Shown in pieces: positions 61,101 through 64,000 of a stretch of DNA of 64,000 nucleotides. The stretch spans positions 1 through 64,000 of the forward strand of contig NW_020845854.1 of NCBI RefSeq assembly GCF_003704095.1. Reading direction: 5' to 3'. The translations under genes were made by a program, and so were the position numbers. The notes beneath the pieces were generated by a model. That model was given only the letters and a program-made list of their open reading frames with translations, was not told the DNA's origin and made no database searches. The stretch is from Pocillopora damicornis. Lineage: Eukaryota. Each line of letters begins with the position of its first letter. Within the stretch, counting starts at the first letter, position 1.

Positions 61101-63269
61101 AATACTTTCGGACGTTAGAAAGGATGCAATGCGCATCATGGTGGCGGCAGCGGGCGATTTTTCGATCACGAATGAAAAATTCATCTCCCACGTGGTGTGT
61201 ACGGAGAGTCGGTGCTGTGCTTCTACACTAAGGGCAGTGACTGGCTTCTGCTGTAGAAGACGAAGCTTTACATGCCGATACTTGTCAAGGTAATCTTTGA
61301 AGGTAATAGAAATAGGAAGAGCGGATATGTAAGCTGCTGCTTGCTCGAGGGCTAATGGAAGACCTCCTAATTCTGTTGCTAAATCAATTGCTCCTTGGTA
61401 GAGCGATTCCCCTTCAAGTCCTGTTCTTCGAATTAGGAACAAGGCACCTTCTTCTTCACTGAAGCACTGCAGCTTCAGGCAATTAGTAGGGGACAGCCTT
61501 AAGAATGTTGCGGTGTCTTTTGCATTTTTTCTTGTCGTAAGCAGTACGTGTCCATTCTTGGGCGCTCTTGCATTTCTTTGCCAAGGCCCTTTGCATATTT
61601 TCTCTACACCTGTGGGACATGTTGGACTTCCTACGTCATCTGCGTTATCCACTACGAGAAGCCATGGGCGATTTTCATTGGATAGTAGAGTCAGAAATTT
61701 GTTTAGGGAATCATCTACATTCTCTCTTGTGGACGCAGCCACATTTAAGAGCGCAAAGTTCTCGGCAACTGATTTACTTACATTTTCATCACTTTCCCCA
61801 TTAACCCAGAACACTCCACCTGTGAAGTGATTGATCCATCTCCAAGAAAATTCTATAGCCAGTGAGGTCTTGCCACATCCTCCGAGGCCACAAATTGTTT
61901 TGGTGCAGCATGATGTTTTAGGTGGACTTTCAGAATTCTGATCCGAGACTAAATTTTTTTCTAACCAGACAAGGGCGTTCTCACGACCAGTGAACTCTCG
62001 TAGTTTCAGTGGCGCAGCACAAATTGCGTTCATACCGTCTCCATTCTGTCCTGGTTGGAATTTTTCCTTTAATGTTTCTACTTCACTTGTCACTTCCTTT
62101 ACTTCATATTCCAATTTGGCAACTTTACTGTCTGTGGTGTTAAGTTCCAATACGACGTTACGCATACAACTTTTTACATCGTCCAGGTCCTCGCTAATAA
62201 CTTTTAAGGCATCCTGCAAATCATCACGCTCTTTAAGTGACATATTGAAACGTTCGACAGCTGTCTGTATCGTGGACATTTTTGCTTTAAGGTCTGAAAC
62301 TTCTTCCACTACGTTATTCCGCTGCTCTTGAATTTTGGCAATTTCTTCTCCATGCAATCGAGCTTGTTCTTTTAGTTTGTATGTCTCTTTCCCTGATAAT
62401 TCTTCTGCTCTTCTTATCTTGGCATCTAGCTCAGTAACTCTATCTTGATCTTCATGTAGCTCTGTTCTCAGCTCCACTTGCTGCTCCCTTACCTCAGCAA
62501 TTTCTTCTCCTTTTAAATCAACTTGTTCCTGCACCTCAGATAGGTCATCCTTGAAATTTATTATGTCTGCAACTAGCGACTGACGAAGCAAATGAAGGGC
62601 CTCAACTTCGGACTCCCTAACGGTTAGTAGTCCATGACGGAACAAATCTTGCAGGTTTTTGGAAGATTCTTGGGCTGCCTTGTCAGCACGAAACACTTGG
62701 TCATTAAGAAGGCCATTGAGATGTCCAAATATGGTTTTGACATCTGCATCGTTAAGTTCTTGCTTTGGAGAATGGGCCCAGCGATTTCTACCCTCGTCTC
62801 GCACTGAGCGCAAAACTGCACGATTGACTGGAGGATTGATAAAAGGGCACCACTCTAGCAGGTTTAAAAGTCCCCCGATGTCTGTCGTGTCGGCATCAGT
62901 GATGTCCCCTTTACGAGTTCCAAGGGTTGGCATGAAAACTTTAGCTATCTCCCATGCCCCCGTCGCAGAGCCCCACTGTTGTCTATCACTGTTGTCCCAA
63001 CAAATCTTTGGTCGTGGGGACTTGTGGAGGCGCTTCAGCTCCTTCTTCCACATGCTGCAAGTAGCGCACTTGGAAGAGTGACGTGCACAGGTACACGGGG
63101 GAAGTGATTGCAGAGGAGGGTTAGATTTGATAAACTGGTACCAAGCCACCATTTTCCCTTGGATTAACTGTGCTATTCCATGTTTGGTTATGTTCAGGGC
63201 ACATCCAACCATTACCCAGTTTTTGTGCTCTTTTTTATCAAGGTCTACCGTCCAGCTAACAGCAGTCAT
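58161..63269 (-). CDS. STAND (NB-ARC) NTPase: HEPN-like (CXorf38/DUF4559-like) N-terminus, coiled coil, NB-ARC, TPRs, duplicated TPR plus beta-rich module; 1702 aa single ORF
   Basis: RNRWAH (62772-62789); heptad-rich E/K/Q region; Walker A GLGGCGKT (61866-61889); GGVFWV; Walker B WLLVVDNADD; LLTTR; GGLPLALEQAAAY; VHKLVQEVVR; TPR signatures such as KDNGN...SNRAA...DPSWVKGY. A splice acceptor at 63292 means upstream exon(s) may exist. Confidence 0.9.
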   Translation of the reverse strand: MTAVSWTVDLDKKEHKNWVMVGCALNITKHGIAQLIQGKMVAWYQFIKSNPPLQSLPPCTCARHSSKCATCSMWKKELKRLHKSPRPKICWDNSDRQQWGSATGAWEIAKVFMPTLGTRKGDITDADTTDIGGLLNLLEWCPFINPPVNRAVLRSVRDEGRNRWAHSPKQELNDADVKTIFGHLNGLLNDQVFRADKAAQESSKNLQDLFRHGLLTVRESEVEALHLLRQSLVADIINFKDDLSEVQEQVDLKGEEIAEVREQQVELRTELHEDQDRVTELDAKIRRAEELSGKETYKLKEQARLHGEEIAKIQEQRNNVVEEVSDLKAKMSTIQTAVERFNMSLKERDDLQDALKVISEDLDDVKSCMRNVVLELNTTDSKVAKLEYEVKEVTSEVETLKEKFQPGQNGDGMNAICAAPLKLREFTGRENALVWLEKNLVSDQNSESPPKTSCCTKTICGLGGCGKTSLAIEFSWRWINHFTGGVFWVNGESDENVSKSVAENFALLNVAASTRENVDDSLNKFLTLLSNENRPWLLVVDNADDVGSPTCPTGVEKICKGPWQRNARAPKNGHVLLTTRKNAKDTATFLRLSPTNCLKLQCFSEEEGALFLIRRTGLEGESLYQGAIDLATELGGLPLALEQAAAYISALPISITFKDYLDKYRHVKLRLLQQKPVTALSVEAQHRLSVHTTWEMNFSFVIEKSPAAATMMRIASFLTSESIPFDVINPGLPTVNQAELREAARSKIDTAHILQVLTCYSLFSVDQHNRVFGVHKLVQEVVRDSLTPSLKEETLVAAMRVIHCALTKRSENCANVTLNNDTRYLLEMKEEDKNILIALLLNFRQVKDHIKTQIKSSKGNFVRVLFRDETFCRLCSFVERLVGANISFYRLKAEFADFLLQVRKMHSEGEPNILDIMLHASVSKRNCSDLRSYEESKTLADETVQKLRDLEEAGVIIDDDTKYRVLQHKASFYALEGQWEKNYKALLELEKLRLSDGCFVELQILTGRAENFASSCNFKLVLKRYQNALELARRINPPDKPLLLRVLQYITRHLENEGKLGEAKPYADEMVEMSSSMPHESDWYIRGMTAALSILSNFETQKSEDMLLNILKERWPKIHKSVINGRPETNATTIEDGSNDHACQVLDHLFDCMKISMRTKQGGRGGFSKKRGKISLTVAQISLEIRKKFCGEVHPQLVGNYAALKIAYEFLGNSVKAKECIELLKQCQTTKPTTQANQGLPPIDTNIFLARRIKDNGNILFKAGDFFGALKFYTEGLILSPNDAKLLSNRAATNIKLSERQCSLEDKQKYLREALHDSQNAMAADPSWVKGYFWKAVCLAHLGKRGPSLATAAVAQNRFPSKCSSIPVVVNRFGSYYVEIVDSVQDLQTATEKTNAPNLVIVIKEGRYQLPEPLAIPENAVLVGLGDVQVMCSKGVPLKIDATIYMENIVLTPTGESIQRLKGKAKSCLDGGHVDAALGLYKEALVSYPNHPNILTSRALAYLKSAQQQQSIPSKKRSLLQLALNDADAAIKADPSWLLGYHTKAVALSELDRKPEALAAAAVFKHLSRGRDVSEVIQHYGELQVHVVERSDQLPCVFENAKKLRGKDQIILIKEGKYVLERSMDITQQSVIIGHGKVSIECRTGPPFRFLVACYVENVEMPGDCVSNQELHDCRSNETASEVIRLATPSDKDHISDECKVN

Positions 63270-64000
63270 CTTGTCACCTCCTTTGACACGACTGAAATTC
63301 CAGGAAATAATAAATGATCATTGATACCTTGCCACTAGGATTGATGATATCGTAAGGTTTGACATCCTTAGGAGCCTGATAGGCCGGGGAGTTGAGATAG
63401 GGATGAGAACTTTGAGATATTCGGGGATTTAAAATGCTGAGGTACCTAAATGGGGAACCTAAATGCTTAGAGAGAGTCAGGGGGTTAGTTCGAGGATCGA
63501 ATAGTTGAGGAACCCCAGGGGGTTTCATACTGGGGGATTCGAGATAGAGTTGTCGAATAATACTGTGGGGCTGAAGATCCCACGGGCTGGAGGTACCAAA
63601 GGACTCCATCGAGTAGAAAATTCTATTTATCAGAGGGTTCGAGATACAGAGGGAAATGAGATACCTGCGAGTTAGAAGTATTTGATATGGGGATCTAAAA
63701 TGCTTAAAAGTCACAGAAGTGATGGGAGGGGGTCAAATAGCCCCATGCACAAGAAAATAATAACAAAAAAAACCGCTGATACGTAAAATGGAGAAAAATA
63801 AGGAACCAAGCAAGTCCATCCTGATCTTGCAGCACCTGTTTTAGGTGTGACAAGATGACAAGATAGGAATTTTCGGGTTGATGTGGTTGATGTACACGTA
63901 ATTTCATCGAACCTACAATAAAAGAATATATAACCTCTCATAATCTACCGATCTCCAGCCGAAGCTTAAAAGGCATTGTTACGAGGAACTTGAATATGAT

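Noticed and set aside
59177-63081. Several plus-strand ORFs inside the STAND gene
   Set aside because: Antisense by-products of the long minus-strand ORF.
63274-63283. Perfect Shine-Dalgarno-like AAGGAGGTGA four bases before the STAND ATG, hinting at bacterial origin or contamination
   Set aside because: The same 10-mer occurs inside a HAUS4 exon (34432-34441) as Glu-Gly-Gly-Glu codons. Here it reads in frame as K-G-G-D just after a splice acceptor, and the neighbouring genes are clearly eukaryotic.
63274-63714. 146-aa minus-strand ORF upstream of the STAND gene as a partner gene
   Set aside because: Non-ATG start, low-complexity P/S content from a skewed repeat tract, and overlap with a probable intron end.
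1-64000. CRISPR array, rRNA, operon or autonomous transposase/reverse transcriptase
   Set aside because: No regularly spaced direct repeats, rRNA-like sequence or transposase/RT ORF was seen; the repeats present are short non-autonomous elements.

Overview
Eukaryotic, AT-rich, intron-containing genomic DNA with three 100-N assembly gaps. Gene content and repeat families suggest a stony coral, possibly Pocilloporidae; this is an inference and was not checked against any database. Ten protein-coding genes can be built from splice sites and reading frames: (1) an intronless Roc-type GTPase with about 8 hydrophobic segments inserted between motifs G2 and G3, broken by a gap; (2) a 9-exon secreted, probably GPI-anchored protein with two F5/8 type C (discoidin) domains; (3,4) two tandem 4-exon MARVEL-domain genes; (5) HAUS4; (6,7) a divergent pair of intronless CoA-dependent acyltransferase/condensation-fold genes; (8) TBC1D20; (9) an intronless LITAF-domain gene; (10) a 1702-aa single-ORF STAND protein (HEPN-like N-terminus with RxxxxH, coiled coil, NB-ARC, TPRs, duplicated TPR plus beta-rich C-terminal module). 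Intergenic and intronic DNA holds MITE-like inverted repeats, SINE-like elements and a Penelope-like repeat with a hammerhead-ribozyme core. The best candidates for something undescribed are the HEPN-STAND-TPR receptor and the membrane-split Roc GTPase.
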